Shown piece after piece: positions 38,428 to 47,663 of a stretch of DNA of 61,062 nucleotides (position 1 is its first letter; every line of letters begins with the position of its first letter). A model generated the notes under the pieces. The model worked only from the letters and a program-made list of their open reading frames with translations, was not told where the DNA came from and did no database searches. The DNA is from an archaeon (GTDB lineage: Archaea; Nanobdellota; Nanobdellia; Woesearchaeales; UBA9642): assembly GCA_043806035.1 (NCBI GenBank), contig JAZDHK010000013.1:1-61062 (forward strand), in the 5' to 3' direction. Both the position numbers and the translations under genes were made by a program.

Positions 38428-39543
38428 ATGCCTGAACCCATCGAACACTTGGACAGCAAGGAACGCTTCAAAGTCAAGCACTTCATCAAGGAGTTAGAAA
38501 ACTTCAGAGGCAGGCACACCGAACTCGTCACTGTGTACGTTCCTGCAGGGTATGACCTTAATGCCATCATCAACCACTTGCAGCAGGAGCAAGGGACGGC
38601 ATCGAATATCAAGAGCAAGGGAACAAGAGACAATGTCATTGCCGCCCTTGAGAAAATGGTCCAGCATCTCAAGCTCTTTCCAAGAACGCCGCCGCACGGG
38701 CTTGCCGCATTTTCGGGCAACGTTGCAGAACGGGAAGGCCAGCAGAATTACAAGGTGTGGTCATTAGAGCCTCCTGTCGCGATGAAATTACGCCTGTACC
38801 GGTGCGATAAGGAATTCATCCTCGATCCGCTCCGAGAAATATGCGATGACAAGAAAATCTTCGGCCTGGTCGTCATGGACAGAAGGGAAGGGAACATCGC
38901 CATCCTCAAGGGCAAAACCATCATCCCTCTCGTCAATACCGAGTCTGCCGTGCCAGGAAAGTTCAAGGCAGGCGGACAGTCCGCCGTCCGCTTCGCAAGG
39001 AACAGAGAGCTTGCCGCGAAGGAATTCTATGACAAAATAGGAGCGTTCATGAAAGACCAATTCCTTGGCAAGGAAGAACTGCAAGGCATCATCATCGGCG
39101 GGCCCGGCCCTACCAAATACGAATTCGTGGATGGCAACCACATCACGAACGAGGTCAAGAAGAAGATCATCGGCATCAAGGACATCGCCTACACGGGCGA
39201 ATTCGGCCTGCAAGAGCTGCTCGAGAGAAGCGATGACATCCTGCAGAACGAAGAGGTCATGGAAGAGAAGAAGGTCATGCAGAAATTCTTCAACCTGCTG
39301 GGCAAGCAGCCCGGCCTCGTTGCGTACGGCAAGGACGAAGTTATGCAGGCAGTGATGCAAGGAGCTGTCGATACGTTGCTGCTCAGCGAAAGTTTAGAGG
39401 ACAACAGCATCGAGGAGTTCGAGAAGGCCGCAGAGCCCATGAGCTCGAACGTCATCATCGTGTCTACTGAAACGAGAGAGGGCGCGCAATTGCGCGACAT
39501 AGGCAAGATTGCCGCTATTTTACGGTATGAGTGGAAGGGATAG
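38428..39543 (+). CDS. prf1: peptide chain release factor aRF1
   Basis: NIKS, YxCxxxF, GGQSA.RF.R. Confidence 0.96.
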   Translation: MPEPIEHLDSKERFKVKHFIKELENFRGRHTELVTVYVPAGYDLNAIINHLQQEQGTASNIKSKGTRDNVIAALEKMVQHLKLFPRTPPHGLAAFSGNVAEREGQQNYKVWSLEPPVAMKLRLYRCDKEFILDPLREICDDKKIFGLVVMDRREGNIAILKGKTIIPLVNTESAVPGKFKAGGQSAVRFARNRELAAKEFYDKIGAFMKDQFLGKEELQGIIIGGPGPTKYEFVDGNHITNEVKKKIIGIKDIAYTGEFGLQELLERSDDILQNEEVMEEKKVMQKFFNLLGKQPGLVAYGKDEVMQAVMQGAVDTLLLSESLEDNSIEEFEKAAEPMSSNVIIVSTETREGAQLRDIGKIAAILRYEWKG

Positions 39544-39544
39544 C

Positions 39545-39997
39545 ATGCATGACTGCATCTTCTGCAAGATCGTGAAGGGGGAAGCGCCTTGCCACAAGGT
39601 CTGGGAAGATGAGGAGCATCTCGCATTCCTCACCATCTTCCCCAACACGCAAGGGTTCACGGTCGTCATCCCGAAAAAGCACCATCCCAGCTACGCATTT
39701 GACGTCCCTGAAGACATCTTTATCAAACTCGTGCTCGCAGCGAAAAAAGTGGGCAAGCTGCTCGATCAAAAACTGGACGATGTGGGCAGGACGGGCATGA
39801 TCTTCGAAGGATTCGGCGTCGACCATCTGCATGCAAAGCTTTTCCCCATGCACGGAACGAAGATGAAGGAATGGAAAGCGATCCATTCGCAAAACAAGAA
39901 ATATTTCGAAAAATATGAGGGCTACATTTCCTCGCACGATTGCGAACGTGCGGATGACAAGAAACTCACAGCACTCGCAAAGAAAATAAATGAATAA
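39545..39997 (+). CDS. HIT-family protein
   Basis: DCIFCKI, IFPNT.G..VVIPK.H, GVDHLHAKL.P. Confidence 0.88.
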   Translation: MHDCIFCKIVKGEAPCHKVWEDEEHLAFLTIFPNTQGFTVVIPKKHHPSYAFDVPEDIFIKLVLAAKKVGKLLDQKLDDVGRTGMIFEGFGVDHLHAKLFPMHGTKMKEWKAIHSQNKKYFEKYEGYISSHDCERADDKKLTALAKKINE

Positions 39998-40002
39998 AAA
40001 AA

Positions 40003-41043
40003 TTATGTCTTCTGCACGGGAACGATGGGAACATTGCTATCGGTGACAATGTTTACCAGGTTGCTTCCTTCAGGGACAAACACCACTTTCGCATTTTGCT
40101 CCAAAGCTCTTTGCGTGACTTCCATCCGTTTGTAATCGATAGCAGAACCCTTGAAATATTCTTCCACTGCCTGGTTGACTTTCTTGATGGCTTCTGCCTG
40201 GGCATCTGCATTCACCTTTATCGCCTCTGCAGCGCCTTGCGCTTCGAGGATGGCCGCTTCCTTCTTACCCTGTGCTGATTTGATCGCCGCGCGCTTCTCA
40301 CCATCCGCTTTCGTCTCGAGAGCAGTGGCAAAATCAACGGCTGCCTCTTTTTCGTTCTGTGCCTTCACCACTTTGTTCATGGTTTCCTGCACGTCTTGCG
40401 GAGGGTCTATCTCCTTGAGTTCCGCCCGTACCACATCGATGCCCCAATTACTCGTCTCTTTTTGCAGCGTCTCCATCAATGCGTTGTTGATCTTGTTCCT
40501 GTCACTGTTTGCTTCTTTTAATGTCAGATTGCCGATGATATTTCGTAAGGTCGTCCGTGCCAATTGCACAATCTGCGTATGGTACTCATTGACGTTGTAC
40601 TGCGATTTCTTGACATTGTCTTCATCCGGCCTGACTTTGAAATAGACTTGCGCATCCACCCGCGCATTCAGATTATCCTTCGTGATAATCTCCTGAGGTT
40701 GCGCATTCACCATCATCTCCGTGATGTTCACCTTACGCACTCGTTCGATGCCCATTGGCATGATGTACGTAAGCCCAGGATCCGCCAAGCGCTTATACTT
40801 GCCGAATCGTTCGACGAGACCGCGCTCCGTCTGACGGACGGTCCTGAATCCAGATAGAGCCATGCCTGCGACGCAGACCATGCCCGCATATCCTGCAAGT
40901 TGCCAGAGCATATCCGCATCAACATCCACTTTCTGCTCGATGCCTTGCGTGTTGTCCACAGCATGCGCTTTCTGCAAGTACCCAACACCGGCAAGACCAG
41001 CAAGCATGAGTACACCCATTGTTGCCTGTTTCAAATACCCCAT
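40003..41043 (-). CDS. SPFH/stomatin-like membrane protein
   Basis: VERFGKY, ITKDN, TTLRNIIG, WGI.V.R.ELKEI.PP, AEA coiled coil. Confidence 0.92.
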   Translation of the reverse strand: MGYLKQATMGVLMLAGLAGVGYLQKAHAVDNTQGIEQKVDVDADMLWQLAGYAGMVCVAGMALSGFRTVRQTERGLVERFGKYKRLADPGLTYIMPMGIERVRKVNITEMMVNAQPQEIITKDNLNARVDAQVYFKVRPDEDNVKKSQYNVNEYHTQIVQLARTTLRNIIGNLTLKEANSDRNKINNALMETLQKETSNWGIDVVRAELKEIDPPQDVQETMNKVVKAQNEKEAAVDFATALETKADGEKRAAIKSAQGKKEAAILEAQGAAEAIKVNADAQAEAIKKVNQAVEEYFKGSAIDYKRMEVTQRALEQNAKVVFVPEGSNLVNIVTDSNVPIVPVQKT

Positions 41044-41191
41044 GATACCCCTCCATATGCGACACGTGTGAGCTTGCAGCTACATGAATGTATCGTCTGC
41101 AATATTCTGCATTCCCGAAAAAAAACACGTCCTGCCAGAAATCGTTTAAAAACGACACGCGCACTTTTTCGTAAGGAGACAATCAGCGCAT

Positions 41192-42106
41192 TCAATCCTT
41201 GCGTTTCGCCAAATACTCGAACGCTTTGAGCGCCGCTTTCGCTCCCTCACCCGCCGCAATGATTATCTGTTTTTCGAAGATGTCCGTGACGTCCCCTGCT
41301 GCGAACAGCCCCGGAATGTTCGTGATGTTCTCCTTATCAACCACTATCTCTTCATTCTTCTCCTTGGCAACAATGCTGCAGTAGCTTGAGCTGGGCATTG
41401 CGCCTATCTCGATAAAAATCCCCTCCACAGGAACGGTCCGTTCCTTGCCTTTGACTGAAAATATCATGCTTTTGACGAATTTCTCCCCCGTTATCGCCTT
41501 GACGGCAGCGTTGAAGAACACATCGACATTGTGCAAGGCAAGAACTTTCTCGCTCATAATAGGGTCTCCCGTGAATTTCGGCGTGTTCGTGATGATGGTT
41601 ATCTTGTTCGCTATCTTGGTTAAGAGCAATACTGCATCCAGTGCAGCATTCCCCCCTCCGATGACGGCGACATCCTTGTCCTTGAAAAGTGGCGCGTCGC
41701 AATTTGCGCAGTACGTGATGCCTTTGCCCTTGAACTCCTGCTCTCCAGGAATGTTCAGCAGTTTTGGCAGGCGTCCCGTGCAGAGGATGACGGTCTTGCT
41801 GTAGAACATGTTGCCTTTTGTGCGCACGTGGAAGACGTCGCCGTCCTTGCTCACATCAGTGACTTCTTCGCCTTCACGCAATTCCACATGATAGCTTTCA
41901 AGATGATGCTCGAATTTTTGCACGAGCTCAGGGCCGGTGATGAACTGATAGCCCGTATAGTTCTCCACGTCAGAGCTCCACGAGGCCATGCCGCCCACAT
42001 CCTTGCTGATGACGAGTGTCTTGAGATGTTTCCGCACCGCATAAATGGCCGCTGTTATTCCTGCGGGGCCTGCACCCACGATGATGACATCATGCATGCA
42101 TATCAC
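41192..42106 (-). CDS. trxB: thioredoxin reductase
   Basis: GAGPAG, VENY.G, CANCD, GGGNAA, FAAGD. Confidence 0.92.
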   Translation of the reverse strand: MICMHDVIIVGAGPAGITAAIYAVRKHLKTLVISKDVGGMASWSSDVENYTGYQFITGPELVQKFEHHLESYHVELREGEEVTDVSKDGDVFHVRTKGNMFYSKTVILCTGRLPKLLNIPGEQEFKGKGITYCANCDAPLFKDKDVAVIGGGNAALDAVLLLTKIANKITIITNTPKFTGDPIMSEKVLALHNVDVFFNAAVKAITGEKFVKSMIFSVKGKERTVPVEGIFIEIGAMPSSSYCSIVAKEKNEEIVVDKENITNIPGLFAAGDVTDIFEKQIIIAAGEGAKAALKAFEYLAKRKD

Positions 42107-42333
42107 TTCAGCTTGAGTGCTTTTTGCAGTTCTGGCTTGTTGAAGCCAAGGATGATCTTGCCATCGACATCAATGACGGGCACGCCCATCTGACCGCTCT
42201 TCGTTACGGCATCCTGGGCATTCTTCGTGTCTGAACAGTCTTTCTCGACGAATGCTATCTTGTTCTCCTTGAAGAAGTCTTTCGCAAGGTGGCAGAAGTG
42301 GCATGTTGGTGTGGTGTAGATGGTTACGGTCAT
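42103..42333 (-). CDS. glutaredoxin/NrdH-like protein
   Basis: YTTPTCHFC, SGQMGVPVI. Confidence 0.92.
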   Translation of the reverse strand: MTVTIYTTPTCHFCHLAKDFFKENKIAFVEKDCSDTKNAQDAVTKSGQMGVPVIDVDGKIILGFNKPELQKALKLK

Positions 42334-42417
42334 GAGAATAGCACCTCACTGCACGGTATAAGGGCGGGTTTTTATGTGTTTCGCAAAACATTTATGTTCT
42401 CGACAATTTCCAGACAC

Positions 42418-42762
42418 ATGACTCGCCTGTTCGTTCCTCTGATGACTGCATGGTTCGAGGCGTTCACCTCGGGAAGGAAGACGTATGAGTTGCGTGGGTA
42501 TGGCAGGCAATACACGGAAAAGAACGTCTATCCGGGCAAAGAGGTGGAATTGCGCAAAGGCTATTCCGGCGCGAGTTTGCACGGTACGATAGGCGAGGTC
42601 GTCATCGGATCCCTCGACGACATTCTAGAACAAGTCCCTTATCGGGCGATCATGCCAGACGCGCGGACGCGATCAGAAGTGAAAGAAAACGCACAGGCAT
42701 TGCTCGCGAATAACGAAAAATATATCGCATTTGAGATAAAAAATATAAAAAAAGAAAAATAA
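42418..42762 (+). CDS. ASCH/PUA-like domain protein
   Basis: WF.AF.SG.KT.ELR motif. Confidence 0.7.
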   Translation: MTRLFVPLMTAWFEAFTSGRKTYELRGYGRQYTEKNVYPGKEVELRKGYSGASLHGTIGEVVIGSLDDILEQVPYRAIMPDARTRSEVKENAQALLANNEKYIAFEIKNIKKEK

Positions 42763-42763
42763 C

Positions 42764-43201
42764 TTACTTCCTCGCCTTCTCGACCTTTCCTCTTCGCAAC
42801 GCGTTGAGGCTCTGGTCATTGACTTTGATGACGCACCAGCGCACGCCAGGGATGTCTCCTTTAGAACGACCCATCTTTCCGCCGATGCTCTCGATGATGA
42901 CCTCATCGTGCTCATCGATCAATTTGGTGGCGCCGTCACCCGTGCAGAATGCCGTGACTTGCTTGCCGTTCTTGATCAACTGAACACGAACGCACTTGCG
43001 CATCGCCGAGTTGGGCTGCTTTGCTTCCAGCTGGATCTTCTCAACAACGATGCCTCGTGCCTGTGATGCGCCGCCGAGCGGATCTGACTTCTGCCGCATG
43101 CCCGTTGCCCTGCGCTTGAACGCCTTGCTGGACAGCCTAAAATTCTTTCTCTTCTTTGCCAGTTTCTTTGCCGCATTCATTCCATGTGCTTTCTTTCCCA
43201 T
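42764..43201 (-). CDS. rps12: 30S ribosomal protein S12 (uS12)
   Basis: [23 protein letters not shown]. Confidence 0.97.
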   Translation of the reverse strand: MGKKAHGMNAAKKLAKKRKNFRLSSKAFKRRATGMRQKSDPLGGASQARGIVVEKIQLEAKQPNSAMRKCVRVQLIKNGKQVTAFCTGDGATKLIDEHDEVIIESIGGKMGRSKGDIPGVRWCVIKVNDQSLNALRRGKVEKARK

Positions 43202-43204
43202 GAT

Positions 43205-43618
43205 TCACACCACTCTGATCTCCCTGATAGGGAAAAATTTTTGCGTGATGACCTCGTACTGGCGCAAGTTCTGCGCTTTTGCGCCGATGACGAGTCCCTT
43301 CGTCTTGACATCGTCGCTGCTGAGGATGATGAGATCATCTTCTTGAACGATACTCTGCACCTTGTTGGGCAGGATGAGGTTGGCGACGAACTTGCGCACA
43401 TCTGTGCTGTACTCGACAACCTTTATCTTCTTGTTGAGCAAGCGCTCGAGCTTCTGGACATTCTCACCCTTCTTGCCTAACGCCTTGCCCATCTCTCCTT
43501 CGCCAACGACGAAGGTCTGCATGTCCTTGAACATGCACACATGCTTCACCGTACAGCCCGTGACATGCTCGAACATATTCACGAGCTTGATATCCTCTGC
43601 AGTAAACGTTATCGTCAT
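43205..43618 (-). CDS. nusA: NusA-like KH-domain transcription factor
   Basis: two KH domains, GK.G.N, VVEYS.D; operon position. Confidence 0.9.
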   Translation of the reverse strand: MTITFTAEDIKLVNMFEHVTGCTVKHVCMFKDMQTFVVGEGEMGKALGKKGENVQKLERLLNKKIKVVEYSTDVRKFVANLILPNKVQSIVQEDDLIILSSDDVKTKGLVIGAKAQNLRQYEVITQKFFPIREIRVV

Positions 43619-43625
43619 GCAACAC

Positions 43626-43895
43626 CTATTTGAGCTGTCCGAGCACGGAGATCGCGAATGGCTTCTTGCAAATCGTGCCTAACTCATCATTCGGCATGTC
43701 CAGCTCGACCACGTCCGCAGGACAGACAACCAGGTAGCGTTGCACATCCTTGCGCACGTCCGCAGGACAGTTCACACTCAAATACACCTTGATTATCTTT
43801 CCTTTCTTCAGCAAGTCCAACGTGCGCTTCGTGCCAAACACTGCCTTGTCCGTGCCTATCAATTTCTTAATATCATCAACACTCATCATCGTCAC
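43626..43895 (-). CDS. rpl30e: 50S ribosomal protein L30e
   Basis: G.K.T...L, S.NCP, ELG.IC.KPF.IS. Confidence 0.92.
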   Translation of the reverse strand: MTMMSVDDIKKLIGTDKAVFGTKRTLDLLKKGKIIKVYLSVNCPADVRKDVQRYLVVCPADVVELDMPNDELGTICKKPFAISVLGQLK

Positions 43896-43896
43896 C

Positions 43897-45051
43897 TTAT
43901 TTTGCTTTCTTCACGCGCGTGATCAGTCCGGGCAGTCCCGTTCCCACGGGAATGTATTGGTTCATCATCACATTCTCGATGACACTGTTCAGATGGTCTT
44001 CCTCACCGACCATGGCCGCACCGATGATGTGCTTGATAGGCGTCTCGAAGCTCGCCCGTGCGAGGACGGAAGGCTTCTCTTTCACAATACCATATCTGTT
44101 GATGCCCAGTATCTTGCCACCCATGCACATGGCATCGGCGATAAGCAGAATATGCCTCGTATCGACGTTCAATCCTTGCGCGTCAATGACCTTCTTCACT
44201 TCATCAACGATGGCCTGCCGTGCCGCTTCGATGCCGAGCACATCCTGTATTTCAAAAACGTCATTCGTCCTCGTCAAAGCAGCATCGACGAATTCGAGCT
44301 TGAAGACATCCTTAAGGTTGCTGCCAGCGGTGACGATGACGAACTCGTCTCCCCGACGCACCGGCAGGACCTGCTTGATGCCCTTGATGCCGGTAATGTA
44401 GACATCCTTGATTTTCTCCTTCAGCTTGTACAGGCTGTTGATATCCTCGTCCTTAGCAGAGCTCTTGACGATGATGATGCACGCATCATTCTTGTCCTCC
44501 TTGAAGTGATAGTTCTTGAATGCCTTCTCGAGAATCTTGACGAACTGGCCTGCCTTGAGCTTGAGCTCGTCCAGCTTGTCCTTGTGCAACTCCATGCGCA
44601 ACAAGCCTTCTGCAATGTTCAGTGTAATCTCCTTGAGATAATCCCTAACGACCGTCTCCCGCAATGATTCCGCAAGCTTTCGCACATCCGCCCCTTGATT
44701 GTGCGGCTTCTTTAGATGGATCTCCATCATCTTCGTGCTGATTTCCTTCCTGCCATCCAGCAGTTCGATGAGTCGAGGAAGGCCCGTCGTGACGTTCATC
44801 TCGGACACGCCCGCAAAGTGGAACGTGTTCAGGGTCATCTGCGTGCCAGGCTCACCGATGCTCTCTGATGCAATGATGCCGACGCTCTCCCCCGGTTCTG
44901 TGCGCGCGCTCAGAAACTCCTTATAGACGGCATCCATGATTTTTTTCAGCTGCGTCTTCGTCGTCTTTGGAGGGATGTTCGTTTTGACATCCTCAATGAT
45001 TTTCTTCGGAAGCAACACGCCATATTCTTCAAAGATGTCATCCATGATCAT
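43897..45051 (-). CDS. rpoA2: RNA polymerase subunit A'' (Rpo1C)
   Basis: SIGEPGTQMTLNTFHFAG, GLPRLIE, RASFE. Confidence 0.97.
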   Translation of the reverse strand: MIMDDIFEEYGVLLPKKIIEDVKTNIPPKTTKTQLKKIMDAVYKEFLSARTEPGESVGIIASESIGEPGTQMTLNTFHFAGVSEMNVTTGLPRLIELLDGRKEISTKMMEIHLKKPHNQGADVRKLAESLRETVVRDYLKEITLNIAEGLLRMELHKDKLDELKLKAGQFVKILEKAFKNYHFKEDKNDACIIIVKSSAKDEDINSLYKLKEKIKDVYITGIKGIKQVLPVRRGDEFVIVTAGSNLKDVFKLEFVDAALTRTNDVFEIQDVLGIEAARQAIVDEVKKVIDAQGLNVDTRHILLIADAMCMGGKILGINRYGIVKEKPSVLARASFETPIKHIIGAAMVGEEDHLNSVIENVMMNQYIPVGTGLPGLITRVKKAK

Positions 45052-47663
45052 CAGTCCTCCAGCACCCTATTGATGATGGTCTTGACGTTGATCGAACCAC
45101 CCTCTGATTTCGTCACGTCGATACCATCCTCGCCGTATGCGAACTCGACGATCTTGCCTGACGCGTCACGCACGGTGAAATCATACTCAACCTTGAGGTC
45201 CTGCAAGGCATTCGCCAAGCGTCGATACAAATATCCTGACTTAGGAGTACGCAAGGCAGTATCCATCATACTGTCCCTGCCCGTCATGCTCATGAAGAAC
45301 AGCTCGTGCGGCTTCAAGCCGTGCTTGAACCCTCCCGGGATGAATCCCCGCGCTGCGGGACTCACGTCATTCTTCGCAAAACAGGAAAGTGTCCTACCAC
45401 TATATCCTCTACCGATTCTGCCACCGCGGAATGCCTGCTGACCGACACAACCGGACATCTGCGTGATATTCAACGAAGACCCTCGGCCACCGCTCTTGAT
45501 CATGTACATCAAGTTCGAGTTCACCATCGCCCTCGAGTTGGTGATTTCCCCTGCCCTGTTTCTCGCCTTGTTGAGCAGTTCGAGCAAGCGGACCTCCCTC
45601 GTCTCTTTCGCCGTCCTGCCGGGTAGCACGTCGAGCTTTCCTGTGTTGTACTCTTCGATGATGCGCTTGGCATCTTCTTCCGCCTTGCGCAGGATGGCAT
45701 TCAACTCTTTTTGCGTATTCTCACTGACGTCAAGCTCTGCGATGTTCACGGAGAAGCCGTAGCGCAGCATGACCTCATTGCCCAAGTTGAAGAAATTCCC
45801 AAGAATCTTCATGGTAAGTTCTGCACCATATTGCTTGTGCAAGTTTCGCAACATGAGCCCCTGTCCAACGCCGAGCGTGTTCTTGTCGAGCACGCCACTG
45901 ATGAGCTTTCCATCCTTGATCAAGACGACCGTGTCTTCATTCTCCATGCCTGGCTTGTAGCCCCTTGCATAGCCCTGGAAGTTGAAGTCATCAGGCAAGC
46001 AGCAGCTGAACACCTCTCTGCCACTAACCACTTCCCTGTTCGGCAGTTTCGAGAAGTTCGTAAATCCTATCCCTGCAAGAATGTCAAGCGCTTCCTCACG
46101 GGGCAACTTGAAGTCTGATTTCGTCAGCAAATACGTCCCCGTAACTGCTTCCATAGTGCAGCCAATGATGCTCAGGCCATACCTCGGGCTGATAATGTGA
46201 TGCTGCACCTTCATGAGCACTTCTGCTTCCGCTCGCGCTTCCTCCGTCTGCGGGACGTGCAAGTTCATCTCATCACCGTCAAAATCTGCATTGTAAGGGA
46301 TACACACCGCAGGATGCAAACGCAACGTCAGTCCTGGCAACACCTTGACCGTGTGGCACATCATGCTCATGCGGTGCAGTGAAGGCTGTCGGTTGAACAA
46401 GGCAACATCACCGTCGAGCAGATGCCGCTCGATAATGTAGCCGGGCTGAATCTCCTCCAGCAACTGTTCCTTCGTCTCATCAGTTATTTTCTTTCTCTTG
46501 CCATCGGGTCTGATGATGTAGTTCGCTCCAGGATACTGCTCTGGTCCGCGCTTGATGAACTCGACAAGGTATTCCTTGTTCCACTCCGTCACGCGTTCGG
46601 GAACGGTAAGCTTCATGGCAATGACTCTGGGTACGCCAACGTCGCCAATGTTTAATTTCGGATCTGGACTGATAACCGTTCGTGCAGAGAAGTTCGTCCT
46701 CTTGCCCGCGAGGTTGTGCCGGATACGTCCTTCCTTGCTCTTTATCCGTGCAGTGAGCGTCTTGAGCGGCTGACCGCTTCTGTGCCGTGCGGGAGGCAAT
46801 TGAGAAACTTCATTATCAAAAAATGTCGTGACGTGATACTGCAAAAGATCCCACAAGTCTTCAATGATAATTTCGGGAGCGCCTGCGTTGATGTTCTCGA
46901 AGAGACGCTGATTGATACGCACGATATCGCCAAGCTTGTGCGTGAGGTCATCTTCAGAGCGCTCGCCGCTCTCCAATGTTATGGAAGGCCGCATCGTCAC
47001 AGGAGGAATGGCCAAGACGGTGAGCACGGTCCATTCAGGTCGCAAGGTATTCGCATTGATGCCCAGCACTTGCAAGTCGTTGTCTGGAATCTTCTCGAGC
47101 CTCGTCCTCACCTCGATAGGACTGATGCGCTTTTCATTCTCGATGAATGTCGTCGGCTTTTCAACGGTTATCTTGAATTGTTTTGCGTTGCAGTGGCTGC
47201 ACTGCATGACCGCCTTCGCTCCATGAATGACTTCCTTGACCTTGGCCAGGCGAGCCATGATACCACCTTCCGCCTCTGCCTGGTCGATCGCATCCTCTTC
47301 TTTAGCAATCTTCTGCTTGGGAATGAGTAGTCTGCCGCATGACCTGCACGTACTCCGTAGCAGATCGAGAATGACGGTTGCGAACTTCACATGGATGACT
47401 GGCCTCGCGAGTTCAATGTAGCCGAAATGCCCGAGGCTTTCTTTGAGCTTCTGCCCGTCCGTCTTGCACACCAGTCCCGGATCGATAACGCCTAAGCGGA
47501 TGTCCATCAAGCCACCGTCGACAGGATACCCTTCCTTGTCATACAATTCAGGCGTCACGATCTTCGCTACGGCCATGTCCTTGATGACTTTCGGCGAGAA
47601 AAACTCGAAGCGGATCTTGTCAATTTTGTGCTGGACGGGAATACCTGCATCCATGATTATCAC
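45051..47663 (-). CDS. rpoA1: RNA polymerase subunit A' (Rpo1N)
   Basis: YNADFDGDEMN, NRQPSLH, SGYLYRRL. Confidence 0.98.
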   Translation of the reverse strand: MIIMDAGIPVQHKIDKIRFEFFSPKVIKDMAVAKIVTPELYDKEGYPVDGGLMDIRLGVIDPGLVCKTDGQKLKESLGHFGYIELARPVIHVKFATVILDLLRSTCRSCGRLLIPKQKIAKEEDAIDQAEAEGGIMARLAKVKEVIHGAKAVMQCSHCNAKQFKITVEKPTTFIENEKRISPIEVRTRLEKIPDNDLQVLGINANTLRPEWTVLTVLAIPPVTMRPSITLESGERSEDDLTHKLGDIVRINQRLFENINAGAPEIIIEDLWDLLQYHVTTFFDNEVSQLPPARHRSGQPLKTLTARIKSKEGRIRHNLAGKRTNFSARTVISPDPKLNIGDVGVPRVIAMKLTVPERVTEWNKEYLVEFIKRGPEQYPGANYIIRPDGKRKKITDETKEQLLEEIQPGYIIERHLLDGDVALFNRQPSLHRMSMMCHTVKVLPGLTLRLHPAVCIPYNADFDGDEMNLHVPQTEEARAEAEVLMKVQHHIISPRYGLSIIGCTMEAVTGTYLLTKSDFKLPREEALDILAGIGFTNFSKLPNREVVSGREVFSCCLPDDFNFQGYARGYKPGMENEDTVVLIKDGKLISGVLDKNTLGVGQGLMLRNLHKQYGAELTMKILGNFFNLGNEVMLRYGFSVNIAELDVSENTQKELNAILRKAEEDAKRIIEEYNTGKLDVLPGRTAKETREVRLLELLNKARNRAGEITNSRAMVNSNLMYMIKSGGRGSSLNITQMSGCVGQQAFRGGRIGRGYSGRTLSCFAKNDVSPAARGFIPGGFKHGLKPHELFFMSMTGRDSMMDTALRTPKSGYLYRRLANALQDLKVEYDFTVRDASGKIVEFAYGEDGIDVTKSEGGSINVKTIINRVLED

